64,000 bases of DNA. It comes from Octopus sinensis. Its lineage: Eukaryota. Location: the NCBI RefSeq assembly GCF_006345805.1, contig NC_043018.1, forward strand, positions 23,250,001 through 23,314,000, written 5' to 3'. Of the stretch, positions 63,703 to 64,000 are shown one piece after another (the stretch's first letter is position 1; the number at the start of each line of letters is the position of its first letter). A program made the position numbers and the translations under genes. The notes below the pieces were generated by a model. The model was not told the origin of the DNA and did no database searches. It worked only from the letters and a program-made list of their open reading frames with translations.

Positions 63703-63832
63703 TCGGAAAAATACCTTAGGAATGAGAACCCAGGTTTGAAATTCCCCCAGGACATCTGATGAAGACTGGAGGTGTACATCAGCTGAAACACTGTGTTAAC
63801 AACAAACAAGATGAGGACAAATATCCGTCAAA
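63598..63832. mobile_element. Penelope-like terminal fragment with inverted arms of about 38 bp
   Basis: tttgacggatatttgtcctcgtcttgtttgttgttaac / gttaacaacaaacaagatgaggacaaatatccgtcaaa, enclosing a hammerhead-like motif. Confidence 0.6.
63751..63797 (+). ncRNA. Degenerate minimal hammerhead-like motif in a Penelope-like repeat end
   Basis: gacat-CTGATGA-a-gactg(...)cagct-GAAAC-act-gtgtt; core intact but stems II and III are eroded. Confidence 0.5.
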
Positions 63833-64000
63833 TGTAAATAATAGAAGATGGACGTGGAAACAACAGAGAAATAAATCTAAGACATTTGATGATGAAATTC
63901 ATCTTATCATTACCAGTAATATTCTATATTTTCTTTATATAATTTTTAAGAGTGGCATACGTGTGAAGCATTTCCAAGTCGGTGACAATAAGGGTATCCA

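Overview
AT-rich, microsatellite- and SINE-dense animal genomic DNA. The repeat families look like octopus (cephalopod) repeats; this is recognition from memory, not a database result. The window lies inside one plus-strand gene, an SMG7 (EST1C, nonsense-mediated decay factor) ortholog. Nine GT-AG coding exons (16177-61017, 764 nt) splice in frame into the N-terminal 14-3-3-like/TPR domain. The first coding exon was not found and is probably upstream; the rest of the gene continues past the right edge. Nearly all ORFs in the supplied track are artefacts of microsatellites or SINEs. The introns hold about 20 copies of a CORE-type tRNA-SINE, many Meta-type SINEs, RTE and CR1 LINE fragments, mariner/Tc1, hAT, piggyBac (one with a transposase remnant), a Helitron, a Merlin-like MITE and Penelope-like ends. 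The best hit of the hunt is a type I hammerhead ribozyme with an intact catalytic core on the sense strand at 45346-45404, about 170 nt after an SMG7 exon. Three more hammerhead-like motifs are also sense-oriented (28503, 59118, 63751). A roughly 10-kb CpG-preserved domain in the long intron ends in a promoter-like CpG cluster near 33 kb. Exon, TIR, TSD and ribozyme coordinates were counted by hand; boundaries of degenerate repeats are approximate.
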